Source: Pirellulales bacterium
Lineage (GTDB): Bacteria > Planctomycetota > Planctomycetia > Pirellulales > UBA1268
Direction: 5' to 3'
Assembly (NCBI GenBank): GCA_044234625.1
Contig: JBIIIP010000003.1
Location: 1-55,305, forward strand
DNA length: 55,305 nt
Each line of letters starts with the position of its first letter. Within the stretch, counting starts at the first letter, position 1. Below are positions 45,771 through 55,305 of the stretch, piece after piece. The notes under the pieces were generated by a model. That model had not been told where the DNA came from and did not search any database. It worked only from the letters and a program-made list of their open reading frames with translations. The position numbers and the translations under genes were made by a program.

Positions 45771-46661
45771 ATGACCCGCGCCGCATCCAAGCCGCTCGCC
45801 CCCAACAAGGTGCACCAGGGCGACTGCGTGCACCTGCTCTCGCGGATGCAGACCGGCAGCGTGCATCTCGCATTCGCCGATCCCCCCTTCAACATCGGCT
45901 ACGACTACGACACGTACGACGATCGCCGGACGGCCGACGATTACCTCGGCTGGTCGCAGCGGTGGATGGGCGAGATCGTGCGCGTGCTCCGGGCCGACGG
46001 TACGTTCTGGCTGGCCATCGGCGATGAGTACGCCGCCGAATTGAAGGTGCTCGCCACGCGGGAACTGGGGCTCACCTGCCGATCGTGGGTGGTCTGGTAT
46101 TACACGTTCGGCGTCAACTGCAAGCACAAGTTCAGCCGGTCGCACGCCCACCTCTTCCACTTCGTGAAGGATCCGGTCGCCTTTACGTTCAACACCGACG
46201 CGATCCGCGTGCCCTCGGCGCGCGAGCTGGTGTATGGCGACAAGCGGGCGGACCCGACGGGCCGGCTGCCGGACGACACCTGGATCCTCCGGCCACAGGA
46301 TCTGCCTGACGGCTTCACGGCGGAGCAGGACACGTGGTACTTCCCGCGGGTCTGTGGGACGTTCAAGGAGCGATCCGGCTGGCACGGCTGCCAGATGCCG
46401 GAGCAGCTGTTGGGCCGCATCATCCGCGCGTCGAGCAACGCGGGTGATCTGGTGCTCGATCCGTTCGGCGGCAGCGGCACCACGCTCGCCGTGGCCAAGA
46501 AGCTGGAGCGGTCCTACGTGGGCCTCGAGCTGTCGAAGGCCTACGCGCGGCGGATCGAGGAGCGGCTCGCCGGGATTCGAGCCGGCGAACCGCTCGTCGG
46601 GGCGGCCGAGCCGCTGAAAAGCGCGCCGGCCACGAAAAACGGCCGCCGGCTGCGGCGGTAG
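45771..46661 (+). CDS. Beta-class DNA methyltransferase (N6-adenine or N4-cytosine), orphan
   Basis: Motif IV FADPPFN precedes motif [10 protein letters not shown], which is the beta-class order. No nuclease gene is adjacent. Confidence 0.85.
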   Translation: MTRAASKPLAPNKVHQGDCVHLLSRMQTGSVHLAFADPPFNIGYDYDTYDDRRTADDYLGWSQRWMGEIVRVLRADGTFWLAIGDEYAAELKVLATRELGLTCRSWVVWYYTFGVNCKHKFSRSHAHLFHFVKDPVAFTFNTDAIRVPSARELVYGDKRADPTGRLPDDTWILRPQDLPDGFTAEQDTWYFPRVCGTFKERSGWHGCQMPEQLLGRIIRASSNAGDLVLDPFGGSGTTLAVAKKLERSYVGLELSKAYARRIEERLAGIRAGEPLVGAAEPLKSAPATKNGRRLRR

Positions 46662-46779
46662 CAGGGGTTTTTCCGCCCGCGGACCGGGCGGTCCGTCGTC
46701 GCGGTTTTCCCGCTTGTTCCGACCGGGTCTTCCGTGTTTGAATCTGTTCCTCACATCGTCACTCGAAGGGCGGATACCG

Positions 46780-47631
46780 ATGAAATACGGGCTCAATCTT
46801 CTTCTCTGGACCGACCGGATGCACGACGGCATGACGCCGATCGTGGAGAAGGTGAAGAAACTCGGCTACGACGGAGTCGAGGTGCCGATCTTCGAGCTCA
46901 ACGAGCCGCTCTACAAGCAGTGGGGCCAGCGGTTTGACCAGATCGGGCTCGAGCGCACGGCCGTCACCGTCCGCGGGGCGGGCGACAACCCGATCAGTCC
47001 CTCGTCCAGCGTGCGGAGTGCGGCGGTCGACGCCATGCGACGGACGCTCGACTGCTGCCACGCGGCCGGCGTGAAGCTGCTCGTCGGCCCGACGCACTCG
47101 GCGATCGGGGAGTTCACGGGCAAGGGGCCGACCGACGACGAATTCAAATGGGGCGTCGACACCATGCGGCAGGTGGCCGAGCATGCCGCCAAGGCCGGTG
47201 TGACGATCGGCACGGAATACCTCAACCGGTTCGAGAATTATTTCCTCACCAGCGTCGCCCAGACGGTGAAGTTCGTGCAGGCGGTCGACCATCCGAACGT
47301 GCGAATGATGTACGACACCTTCCATGCCAACATCGAAGAGAAGGATCTCACGGCGGCGATCCATGCTGCGGCCCCGTGGACCGCCCTGGTGCACATCTCG
47401 GAAAACGACCGCAGCATTCCCGGCACGGGGCACGTGCACTGGGACGAAACGTTCGATGCCCTGCATGCGGCGAAGTACGACGGCTGGATGGTGGTCGAGG
47501 CCTTCGGCCTCGCCCTGCCCAATATCGTCGCGGCGACCAAGATCTGGCGGAAGATGTTTCCCTCGGAAGATCAGCTGGCGACCGACTCGCTCGCCTTCAT
47601 GAAGGCCCAGGTTTCCAAACGCTGGAAGTAG
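46780..47631 (+). CDS. Sugar phosphate isomerase/epimerase (xylose isomerase-like TIM barrel)
   Basis: MKYGLNLLLWTD...LGYDGVEVPIF... , ..EYLNRFE.., ..HISENDR.. typical family blocks. Confidence 0.8.
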   Translation: MKYGLNLLLWTDRMHDGMTPIVEKVKKLGYDGVEVPIFELNEPLYKQWGQRFDQIGLERTAVTVRGAGDNPISPSSSVRSAAVDAMRRTLDCCHAAGVKLLVGPTHSAIGEFTGKGPTDDEFKWGVDTMRQVAEHAAKAGVTIGTEYLNRFENYFLTSVAQTVKFVQAVDHPNVRMMYDTFHANIEEKDLTAAIHAAAPWTALVHISENDRSIPGTGHVHWDETFDALHAAKYDGWMVVEAFGLALPNIVAATKIWRKMFPSEDQLATDSLAFMKAQVSKRWK

Positions 47632-47658
47632 GACGGGCTGCGGCCCGTCTCGTTCGTC

Positions 47659-48408
47659 ATGCCCAAAAAAAAGCCCGCCGTCGACGCTCCTCCCGCCACG
47701 GGCTTCGCGGCCCCGCCCGCGGATGGCGGGCTGTCGATCGACCGTCTCGCGCAGGCGTTTGCAGCCATGATGGGCAGCCCGGATCCGTACGCCGGCCCCG
47801 CGGCGGCGGCGGCCGACGTGGTGCATGTCGACGCCTCACCCGACCTCGACGACGCCGCCTTCTCGGCGGGCGATGACGACGCCGACGTGCGGGTGAGCCC
47901 GCTTATGATCCTCGAGGCCCTGCTTTTCGTCGGCCTCCCCGGGGGCAGGCCGATCAGCAGCCGCCGGGTGGCGGGGCTGATGCGCGGCGTGCGGCCGCAG
48001 GAAGTCGACGACCTCGCCGAGGAACTGCGGCAGCGCTATCTCGCCGACAATTGCCCCTATGAGGTGGTGTCGCAGGATGCGGGCTGGCTGATGCGGCTGC
48101 GGCCGGAGTTTCGCCAGTTTGGCACGGTGGTCGAATCGCGGACCCGGCAGGTGCGGCTCGACGCGGAGTCGCTCGAGGTGCTGGCTGCGGTGGCGTGGAA
48201 TGAGCCCGTGGCGCGGGACAGGCTCGTGGAGATCGGCTGCGATGCCCGGCCGAGCACGCTGCGGCAGTTGGTGCGGCGGGGGCTGCTCGAGATGACGCGG
48301 CGGGCGGATGGAGAGGAGCCCGCCTACCGAACCACGGCGAAGTTTCTCGAGGTCTTCAAGGTACAGGGCCTCGCCGATCTTCCCGATCCGGACGTCCCTC
48401 CCCAGTAG
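47659..48408 (+). CDS. scpB: Segregation and condensation protein B (ScpB) with N-terminal extension
   Basis: ILEALLFVGLPGGRPIS.., and the second winged-helix region LEVLAAVAWNEPVARDRLVEIGCDARPSTLRQLVRRGLL. Confidence 0.8.
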   Translation: MPKKKPAVDAPPATGFAAPPADGGLSIDRLAQAFAAMMGSPDPYAGPAAAAADVVHVDASPDLDDAAFSAGDDDADVRVSPLMILEALLFVGLPGGRPISSRRVAGLMRGVRPQEVDDLAEELRQRYLADNCPYEVVSQDAGWLMRLRPEFRQFGTVVESRTRQVRLDAESLEVLAAVAWNEPVARDRLVEIGCDARPSTLRQLVRRGLLEMTRRADGEEPAYRTTAKFLEVFKVQGLADLPDPDVPPQ

Positions 48409-48416
48409 GTTGCAGT

Positions 48417-48597
48417 CACGTGGCGACGGACCTCCGGTCTGTCTTCACGGCAGGCCTCGGCATCGTGCCGAGCCTGCCTTGGCGGGCTCCGCCCGCCGGT
48501 GGCAACCCGGCCCTCCGGGCCTGGCGCGGATAGTGGGGTGTTTAAAAAGTGGCGACAGACCTCTCCAAACCGTGGCGACAGACCTCCGGTCTGTCGA
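48417..48597. repeat. Composite repeat element of about 180 bp (MITE-like), forward copy
   Basis: Aligns with the reverse complement of 29815-29992. Core hairpins at 48425-48443 and 48577-48595. Confidence 0.85.
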
Positions 48598-48620
48598 ATG
48601 CGGTTGCCATCGGCGTGGGC

Positions 48621-49907
48621 TCATGGGCCGTAGTCACCGATTCGCTGCCTGACCCACTCTTGAGCCACCGTTCGGCTGGCGATCTCGCCGTCAAGCTGCT
48701 TGGCCCTCAAAGCGGCCAGGATGTGTCCGATCGCCTTCCCCTCTGCCAGGCCTTCCCGCATCAGGTCCCTGCCCGTCAGCAACGGCGGGGGATCGAGTTC
48801 GGCCCGCGGCCGTGCGACTTGCCCGGTGACCCACGCCGCAGCCGCCGCGCCGCCACGGTCGCAGTCAGACCGGGCCCGCAGCAGGTCTGCCAGGCGAAGG
48901 GCGTCGTCGTGCGCGAGCCACGGCTGCACCTCCGACCACGGCCGTGCGGACGGTTCGCGGCCATCGGCGGCTCTTTCCAGGGCATTCACCGCTGCGATCA
49001 GCCAGGCAGCCAGTTTGACATCCCGGTTGGCGAGCCGCAGCCGTGCGGCCGCGGACTGCAGTGGAGGCGATCCGACGCCCTCGTACAGGGCAGCCAGGGC
49101 CGTTCCCAGCTCCGGCTCGTCGAGGGCGTCGATGATCCGCGCCGCCGTGTCCCAGGCCTTCCGTGCAACGGCGTCGCCCGCCACCGGTGCGATTTCGGGA
49201 AGTATCTCGTGGGCGAGCCCCGTTTCGTCGAGCAATTCCAGGGCCCGCCGCCGGCCCGGACGAGTGACCATCGCCCGCAGTTCGGCCGTGATCCGCTCCG
49301 CGCTCACGGTCGTGACCAGATGCCGCATCTTCTCGATGGCGGCGCGGGTCTCGCCGTCGAGCACGAAACCGTAAGCGGCGGCGAACCGCACGGCCCGCAG
49401 CATCCGCAGGTGATCCTCACCGAATCGCATCGTCGGCACGCCGATCGCCCGGACGATGCCCGCCTGCAGGTCGTCGCGGCCCCCGACGTAGTCGTGCACC
49501 GCGCCCGACAACGGGTCGAGAAACAGGCCGTTGATCGTGAAATCCCGCCGCTGGGCATCCTCGCGGGCGGTCGAAAAGACGACGCCGGCCGGGTGGCGGC
49601 CATCCGTATACGCCTCGTCGGTGCGAAACGTGGCCACCTCGACCTGGCCCGATTCCCGCGTGCCGAGGACGGTGATCACGCCGAAGGCCGCTCCGACCGC
49701 GAGCGTCCGCCGCCGTCCGAAAACGTGCCGCACCTCGTCGGGTTTGGCCGACGTGGCCACGTCGTAATCGACGGGCGTGCGGCCGAGAAGCTCGTCGCGG
49801 ACACACCCTCCGGCCCACAGGGCGTCAAAACCGGCTTCGCGGAGCCGGGCCACTACGGACAGGGCCAGGTCACGGGCGGCGGCGGGGTCGGCTCCGGAGA
49901 CCGCCAT
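48621..49907 (-). CDS. cca: CCA-adding tRNA nucleotidyltransferase / poly(A) polymerase family
   Basis: [22 protein letters not shown] and [13 protein letters not shown] blocks of class II nucleotidyltransferases. ATG 49907. Confidence 0.8.
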   Translation of the reverse strand: MAVSGADPAAARDLALSVVARLREAGFDALWAGGCVRDELLGRTPVDYDVATSAKPDEVRHVFGRRRTLAVGAAFGVITVLGTRESGQVEVATFRTDEAYTDGRHPAGVVFSTAREDAQRRDFTINGLFLDPLSGAVHDYVGGRDDLQAGIVRAIGVPTMRFGEDHLRMLRAVRFAAAYGFVLDGETRAAIEKMRHLVTTVSAERITAELRAMVTRPGRRRALELLDETGLAHEILPEIAPVAGDAVARKAWDTAARIIDALDEPELGTALAALYEGVGSPPLQSAAARLRLANRDVKLAAWLIAAVNALERAADGREPSARPWSEVQPWLAHDDALRLADLLRARSDCDRGGAAAAAWVTGQVARPRAELDPPPLLTGRDLMREGLAEGKAIGHILAALRAKQLDGEIASRTVAQEWVRQRIGDYGP

Positions 49908-50110
49908 GGCGGGGGGCTTCCTTTGTTGACGATGGGGGCCGCGTGCCGATAGTATCAAAGATGCCAAGGGCATGTGATCGAGAGGCACGCGGCAGGATTT
50001 CGGGCGGGATATCCATATCTCTTCAACCGTTCGCGCCCGGGATTTTTCCGCACGCCCCTCTTGGTCACCGATTGATCGATCTTATTTTTTCATTTTTTCA
50101 TAGGTGCCTT

Positions 50111-51100
50111 ATGAACCTTTCGCATTCTCCTCAACGACGAGGATTCACGCTCGTCGAATTGCTGGTGGTGATCGCCATCATCGGCACGCTGGTCGGCCTG
50201 CTCCTCCCTGCCGTGCAGTCGGCCCGCGAGGCGGCCCGTCGCGCCAGTTGCGGCAACAACCTCCGGCAGCTCGGACTGGGGCTCCATAATTTCGCCGACA
50301 GCAACAAGAAGGGGGGAGACAATCTGTTCCCCCGGATCAGCAGCTTGGGCGTTGTCGATTCATCGACGAACACGTCGGCCGGCTTCAGCTGGCTGGCCCG
50401 CATTCTGGGGCAATTGGAAGAACCGAACCTGTCGAGGCAGTTGACCGTGCTGACCAATACCACGACGATCTCGATGGCTTCCGGCACGGTGCCGGCGATG
50501 TCGATTTCCGGCTCGGCTACCAAGGCCTTCCTCAAGCCGGCGGTATGCCCGAGTTTTTCGGGCAACACCGACGGCAACACCGACGTCGATGCTACGAAAG
50601 AGGGCATCTCCACGTATCGTGCGAATGCCGGCGTGTGGCTGAGCGGCAGCGCAGTCGATAACGGCGGCCTGTCGTTCACGCAGCAGGTTGGCTTCGGCGG
50701 CTACACCGACGGCACGAGCAAGACGATCATGGTCGCGGAGAGCCGCGAAGGCATCCGGGCCGGCATCACCGGCACCGTTGCCAACCGTTGGGCCTACGGG
50801 GAATTGTGGGCACCCGCCTCGATCAACAGCGGTACGTTCGTCGCTCCCTCCTGGCCGGAGACCTCGGGGTCGACCAGCGTCAGCCTGATCGGTTCGGGAA
50901 GCACGGGCGGTCCGCTCAACAGCGGCACGCTCACGCCGGCGTTGCGACTGTATTACGGCCCGTGGAGCGATCACGGTGGCGGCCTCATCGGCCATCTCTT
51001 CGCCGACGGGCACGTGGAGTTCATCACGAGCGACATCGACAAGCCGACCTACCACGCGCTCAGCACGCGGGCGAACGGCGACCGTATCGGCGACTATTGA
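50111..51100 (+). CDS. DUF1559 family protein with prepilin-type N-terminal domain
   Basis: [55 protein letters not shown]-terminal [13 protein letters not shown] (H-X10-DG). Confidence 0.9.
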   Translation: MNLSHSPQRRGFTLVELLVVIAIIGTLVGLLLPAVQSAREAARRASCGNNLRQLGLGLHNFADSNKKGGDNLFPRISSLGVVDSSTNTSAGFSWLARILGQLEEPNLSRQLTVLTNTTTISMASGTVPAMSISGSATKAFLKPAVCPSFSGNTDGNTDVDATKEGISTYRANAGVWLSGSAVDNGGLSFTQQVGFGGYTDGTSKTIMVAESREGIRAGITGTVANRWAYGELWAPASINSGTFVAPSWPETSGSTSVSLIGSGSTGGPLNSGTLTPALRLYYGPWSDHGGGLIGHLFADGHVEFITSDIDKPTYHALSTRANGDRIGDY

Positions 51101-51124
51101 TCGCAGCCAATCTGAGGAATTCGA

Positions 51125-51161
51125 GGCGGCCAGCAGGCCTTCCTGCTGGCCGCCGTTTTTT
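51125..51161 (+). terminator. Rho-independent terminator after the DUF1559 gene
   Basis: 13-bp perfect stem GGCGGCCAGCAGG-CCTT-CCTGCTGGCCGCC followed by G and TTTTTT. Confidence 0.8.
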
Positions 51162-51162
51162 C

Positions 51163-51513
51163 ATGATGCACGACCTGCCGCTAGAAACCGATGCCGCCGC
51201 CGTCGCGGATCACCTCCGCGTGCCTGTCGGCGATCCACGCCGGCCGCGGCTCCTCGACTGCCGGGAGCCGGAGGAGCATGCGATCGCGCGGATCGAGGGG
51301 GCCATCTTGATCCCCTTGGCGGAGATACCCGAAAGGTTGGCCGAGTTGGAGCCGTGGCGCGATGCGCCGCTCGTCGTGCACTGCCACCATGGCGTCCGCA
51401 GCCTGCGGGTGGTGCGGTTCTTGCGGGAGAAGGGTTTTGCGCGAGCCCAGAGCATGCGCGGGGGCATCGAAGCCTGGAGCACGGAGGTGGACCGCACCGT
51501 GCCCCGCTACTGA
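51163..51513 (+). CDS. Single-domain rhodanese (sulfurtransferase-like)
   Basis: LLDCREPEEHAIARIEGAILIPL...VVHCHHGVRSLRVVRFLREKGF...GGIEAW, with active-site loop CHHGVRS. Confidence 0.8.
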   Translation: MMHDLPLETDAAAVADHLRVPVGDPRRPRLLDCREPEEHAIARIEGAILIPLAEIPERLAELEPWRDAPLVVHCHHGVRSLRVVRFLREKGFARAQSMRGGIEAWSTEVDRTVPRY

Positions 51514-51538
51514 GAGCCCGGCGAGGGGCGACGCCGCA

Positions 51539-52792
51539 TCATGCCAGTTCGTCGAGGGCAGCGCACTGCCGCGGCGTGAAGGGCACGGCACCGGCAAGGA
51601 GCGACGGATCGTCGCCCGCCTCGGGCACGATGAGGCGGATGATCGCGGCGGCGAGCGAGTCGAGTCCGGCGCCGGTGACGGCCGACGTGCGGATGCCGCC
51701 GGCGGGGCACGCCGTGTCGTCGGGGGCGAGGTCGCACTGCGAGACAACGTGCAGCGTGGGGATGTCTGGAACGGTCGCGGCGGAACGAAGCGGGCCGTTC
51801 CCCGTGCCCGCACGGCTGACGTGCACAACGAGGTCGGCGGCTGCTGCCGCGGCAACGGCCCGGCCGATGCCCGCCTGTTCCGTGGCGGACACGTCGGCCG
51901 CATCGCCCCCGCGCAGGCCCGCCGTATCGACGAGGTCGATCTCCCAGCCGTCGAGCACGATCCTCGTTTCGAGCACGTCGCGCGTGGTGCCCGGCTCGGG
52001 CGACACGATGCTGCGGGTGTAGCCCGACAACGCGTTGACGAGGCTGCTCTTGCCGACGTTCGTCGGCCCACTCACGACCACCCGCCAGGGACGTGTGAGC
52101 CGCAGCCCCACCCGAGACGCCCGGCGGAGCCGGTCAACTGCGGCCCGCGCTGCGGCGAAGGATCCGTCGTGTTTCAGCGCGGCGATGCGGTCGAACTCCG
52201 CCTGCAAGGCTCCCGCGAGTTGCCGCGACAGGATCTGCGCGGCCTTGGGCCCGCCCGCCTTCGCCAGGGCCTCGCGAGCCTCCACCTCGACCATCGCCGC
52301 GCCATTCGCGTGCAGCCATGCCGGCCAGGGCTCGCGGACGGCGCCGAGCGATTCCAGGCTGGCCATCACCGCTTCGCTGGCGGCGAGGCCGCCGTGGCAA
52401 TGCACTTCGAGCGAGTCGGCCGTCCGCCGTACCACGACCAGTTCTTCGCCTTTCGTCGGATCGGCCCAGCGGCCGAAGGCGATCGAGCCGGCCGGTCGCG
52501 CCAGCAAAGGCTGTTTGCCGCGCGGATGAAACAGGTGCGCCACCGCCGCCACCGCCCGGGGGCCGGCCACACCCACGACGGCCAGGGCCCCGCGGCCGGG
52601 CGGCGTGAGCAGCGCTACGCGCAGGGGAACAACGGCCTCGGTATCCAAACACGCACCCTCTCGTCTGCCACCATCGCCCTCGGCCAATGCGGTAGCCGTG
52701 GCAGGGGCGTGCGTGGTCGAGGCGAGTTGGCGTATCCTCGCCTCCGAAGCCGAGTGCCGCGCACGCCCCTCCGGCGGCGGCCCATCACACAC
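51539..52792 (-). CDS. mnmE: tRNA modification GTPase MnmE/TrmE-like
   Basis: GPTNVGKSSLVNAL (G1), GTTRD (G2), DTAGLR (G3). N-terminal ..PPGRGALAVVGVAGP.. is a TrmE_N-like block. The true start may lie downstream (for example TTG 52648). No C-terminal CIGK seen. Confidence 0.7.
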   Translation of the reverse strand: MCDGPPPEGRARHSASEARIRQLASTTHAPATATALAEGDGGRREGACLDTEAVVPLRVALLTPPGRGALAVVGVAGPRAVAAVAHLFHPRGKQPLLARPAGSIAFGRWADPTKGEELVVVRRTADSLEVHCHGGLAASEAVMASLESLGAVREPWPAWLHANGAAMVEVEAREALAKAGGPKAAQILSRQLAGALQAEFDRIAALKHDGSFAAARAAVDRLRRASRVGLRLTRPWRVVVSGPTNVGKSSLVNALSGYTRSIVSPEPGTTRDVLETRIVLDGWEIDLVDTAGLRGGDAADVSATEQAGIGRAVAAAAAADLVVHVSRAGTGNGPLRSAATVPDIPTLHVVSQCDLAPDDTACPAGGIRTSAVTGAGLDSLAAAIIRLIVPEAGDDPSLLAGAVPFTPRQCAALDELA

Positions 52793-52834
52793 ACCGCTGC
52801 ATCATGAACGATTCCACTAGCATACAACCGACCG

Positions 52835-53326
52835 ATGCCCCCGGAGACGCCCCCCATGGCTGACTGGATCGAGGAAGGCTGCAAGGCCCCGGACTTCACT
52901 CTGCCCACCCACGACGGCTCGAAACTGAAGCTTTCGAGTCTCAGGGGCCGTCCCGTCGTGCTCTACTTTTACCCGAAGGACGACACGCCGGGCTGCACGA
53001 AGGAGGCCTGCGCCTTCCGTGATGCCAAGGCGAGATTGGCGCGGCACAAGGCGGTGGTGCTGGGCGTGAGCCCCGACACGCCCACCAGCCACGAGCAATT
53101 CCGGGCGAAGCACAAACTGCCCTTCACGCTCCTCGCCGACGCGGATCACGCGGTGGCCGAAAAATATGGCGCCTGGCGGGAGAAGAACATGTATGGCAGG
53201 AAGACCATGGGCATCGTGAGGAGCACGTTCGTGATCGACGCCGCCGGAAAGGTGGCCAAGGTCTTCAAGGCGGTGAAGGTGGACGGCCATGAGGAGCAGG
53301 TGCTGGCAGCCCTGCGGGATGCGTAG
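52835..53326 (+). CDS. bcp: Thioredoxin-dependent peroxiredoxin Bcp
   Basis: FTLPTHDGSKLKLSSLRGRPVVLYFYPKDDTPGCTKEAC, a PxxxTxxC peroxidatic motif with a CxxxxC pair. Confidence 0.9.
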   Translation: MPPETPPMADWIEEGCKAPDFTLPTHDGSKLKLSSLRGRPVVLYFYPKDDTPGCTKEACAFRDAKARLARHKAVVLGVSPDTPTSHEQFRAKHKLPFTLLADADHAVAEKYGAWREKNMYGRKTMGIVRSTFVIDAAGKVAKVFKAVKVDGHEEQVLAALRDA

Positions 53327-53448
53327 GGGCTGCCTCCGCCCCGGCCATCCTGTCTCCCAGGCCGCACGATCGCTCCAGGGTGAAAACCTTCCTGCCCGCG
53401 CACGCCCGCCACGGCGCGGCATACTTGGGGGTTCCCGGGGAATCTTGC

Positions 53449-53979
53449 ATGCGCACGTTTCTTGCCCGCTGCGGCACGCTCGGCCTGTTGTGCGGCGGCT
53501 TCGCCCTTACCGGTGATGCTGGCTGGGTGATCAGCCGCGGCACGAGCCTCCTCAACGCCACCAGCTTCCCCACGCCCGCGTCCGATGCCGCCGCCACCGT
53601 GCCGCCGTCGCCGGCTGACGAGCCGCCGGTCGCTCGCCAGCCGGTGGTTGAAACGCTGGTGAATCCCACGCTCGCCGCGCCGACCGTGGCCCCTCCGGCG
53701 GACGGCGGCCTCACGGCCGTCGATCTGCGGCTGCTGCACACAGGTGACCGGGTGGTCATCTGGGCGGGCGGGATGCCGACCGTGTTCGACATCGTCGATC
53801 CGGCAGTCGGCGGGGCCATCCAGCAGCCCCAGTCGCGACGGGTGACGTTGACGGGCGCGGGCGATCAGCATCGGATCGTGCGCGGCGGCACCGTGCACGT
53901 GCAGCCTTTGGCCGGGGTCAGCGGGCATGCCGCCGCCGCCGAGCGACTCGGCCCGGTTCAAGCGATCGCCGTGAAATAG
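53449..53979 (+). CDS. Hypothetical secreted protein
   Basis: ATG 53449 (MRTFLARCGTLGLLCGGFALTG), signal-peptide-like. Pro/Ala-rich linker. No family recognised. Confidence 0.45.
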   Translation: MRTFLARCGTLGLLCGGFALTGDAGWVISRGTSLLNATSFPTPASDAAATVPPSPADEPPVARQPVVETLVNPTLAAPTVAPPADGGLTAVDLRLLHTGDRVVIWAGGMPTVFDIVDPAVGGAIQQPQSRRVTLTGAGDQHRIVRGGTVHVQPLAGVSGHAAAAERLGPVQAIAVK

Positions 53980-53987
53980 GCCGCGGA

Positions 53988-55305
53988 CTACGCTTCGCTC
54001 GCGGCTTCGGCGGCTTCGCGTTCGGCAGACCAGCCGACGCGCTTCTTCGAAAGGCCGATCTTCCGCTCGTCGGTGTCGACGCGGAGCACCTTCACCTCGA
54101 CCTTGTCGCCGACCTTCACCACCTCCTCCGCGTTCTCCACCATGTCTTCGGAAAGTTCCGAGATGTGGAGCAGGCCCTCGAGGCCGTCTTCCAGACCCAC
54201 GAACACGCCGAAGTTGGTGATCTTCGTCACCGTCCCCTTCACGATGTCGCCGGCCTTGTAACGCTTCGGGATGTCGGTCGACCACGGATCGTCGCCCATC
54301 TGCTTCAGTCCAAGGGCGATGCGCCGCCGCTGCTGGTCGACGGAGAGCACCTTGCACTCCACCTCGTTGCCCTTCTCCAGCATCTCGCTGGGGTGGGTCA
54401 CCTTCCGCGTCCACGACATGTCGGTCACGTGGAGCAGCCCGTCGATGCCGTCGTCGATCTCGATGAAGGCCCCGTAGTTGGTGAGATTGCGAACCACGCC
54501 CTTCACGATGGCGCCCGGCGGATAGTCGGCGGCCACCTTCTCCCACGGGTTCTGCTGGGTCTGCTTCATGCCCAGCGAGATTTCCTGCTTTTCCTTGTTG
54601 ATGGCCAACACCACCACCTCGACCTCGTCACCCGGCTTGACGAGTTCCGACGGATGGCTGACCCGCTTGGTCCAGCTCATCTCTGAGATGTGCACGAGGC
54701 CCTCGACGCCGTCTTCCAGCTTCACGAAGGCGCCGTAACTCATCACGTTGACCACCGTGCCCATGCAGACGGTGCCCACCGGATACTTGTCGGCGACCTT
54801 GGCCCACGGGCTTGCGGTGCGCTGCTTCATGCCCAGCGCGATCTTCTCGCGCTCGCGGTCGATGTGCAGCACCTGCACCTCGATTTCCTGGTCGATGGCC
54901 ACCATCTCGCTCGGGTGGCCGATCCGACCCCACGACATGTCGGTGATGTGAAGCAGCCCGTCGATGCCGCCGAGGTCGACGAACGCGCCGAAGTCGGCGA
55001 TGTTCTTCACGATGCCGCGGCGCACCTGGCCGACGTCGAGGGTCTCCATGAGTTGCTTCTTCCGCTCGGCCCGCTCCTGCTCGATGAGCGCCCGTCGCGA
55101 AACCACGATGTTTCGCCGCGCCTCGTCGATCTTGAGCACCAGGCACTGGATCGCGCGGCCGCAGTAGTCGCCGATGTCGGCGGGGCGGCGGATGTCGACC
55201 TGGCTGGCGGGCAGAAAGACGTTCACTCCCGAGATGTCGACGAGGAGGCCGCCTTTGATCTTGCGGGTGACGTAGCCCGTGACCACGTCATTCTCGTGGA
55301 CGCTC
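53988..55305 (-). CDS. rpsA: 30S ribosomal protein S1 (5' end outside window)
   Basis: Repeated S1 OB-fold units (..G.V..I..FGAFV.L..G..GL.HISE.S..), at least five repeats. The ORF is open to the window edge. Confidence 0.93.
   Translation of the reverse strand, partial: SVHENDVVTGYVTRKIKGGLLVDISGVNVFLPASQVDIRRPADIGDYCGRAIQCLVLKIDEARRNIVVSRRALIEQERAERKKQLMETLDVGQVRRGIVKNIADFGAFVDLGGIDGLLHITDMSWGRIGHPSEMVAIDQEIEVQVLHIDREREKIALGMKQRTASPWAKVADKYPVGTVCMGTVVNVMSYGAFVKLEDGVEGLVHISEMSWTKRVSHPSELVKPGDEVEVVVLAINKEKQEISLGMKQTQQNPWEKVAADYPPGAIVKGVVRNLTNYGAFIEIDDGIDGLLHVTDMSWTRKVTHPSEMLEKGNEVECKVLSVDQQRRRIALGLKQMGDDPWSTDIPKRYKAGDIVKGTVTKITNFGVFVGLEDGLEGLLHISELSEDMVENAEEVVKVGDKVEVKVLRVDTDERKIGLSKKRVGWSAEREAAEAASEA

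Overview
GC-rich bacterial chromosomal window, densely coding on both strands. The supplied six-frame track contains many long antisense 'shadow' ORFs, so calls below rest on recognisable family motifs, start-codon context and gene packing. The lineage is most consistent with Planctomycetota, because there are three DUF1559/H-X9-DG prepilin-type paralogues; this is inference only. (1) Positions 1-19327, minus strand: one long type II secretion / type IV pilus-like gene string. In transcription order it holds a PilB-like ATPase, a PilT-like ATPase with a duplicated N-domain, a GspE/MshE-like ATPase with a c-di-GMP-type motif, GspF, five oversized prepilin-type pseudopilins (including a 1211-aa GspK-like protein), two DUF1559 proteins, and a large secreted protein that runs off the window and is absent from the ORF track. 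No secretin or prepilin peptidase is seen. (2) 19.4-32.6 kb: housekeeping genes (cupin, msrB, cyclophilin, rsmD, alpha-glucan phosphorylase, acyl-CoA dehydrogenase-like, ligA, GT9 heptosyltransferase, HTTM-like membrane protein, tRNA-Ala, class IV aminotransferase). (3) 32.8-36.1 kb: a microbial rhodopsin (Schiff-base Lys present, D-T-K at the helix-C key positions), a Brp/Blh carotenoid dioxygenase and two DedA-superfamily membrane proteins, all on the same strand. (4) 36.2-55.3 kb: glnE-miaB-fmt-def, pgpA, M20 peptidase, an orphan DNA methyltransferase, a TIM-barrel isomerase, scpB, cca, a further DUF1559 gene, rhodanese, mnmE, bcp and a truncated rpsA. Intergenic regions are colonised by a palindromic repeat family (core GACAGACC-NNN-GGTCTGTC). 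It occurs as single hairpins, about 70-bp and about 180-bp composite elements, and a 39-bp tandem array. No rRNA, CRISPR array, transposase or integrase was recognised.
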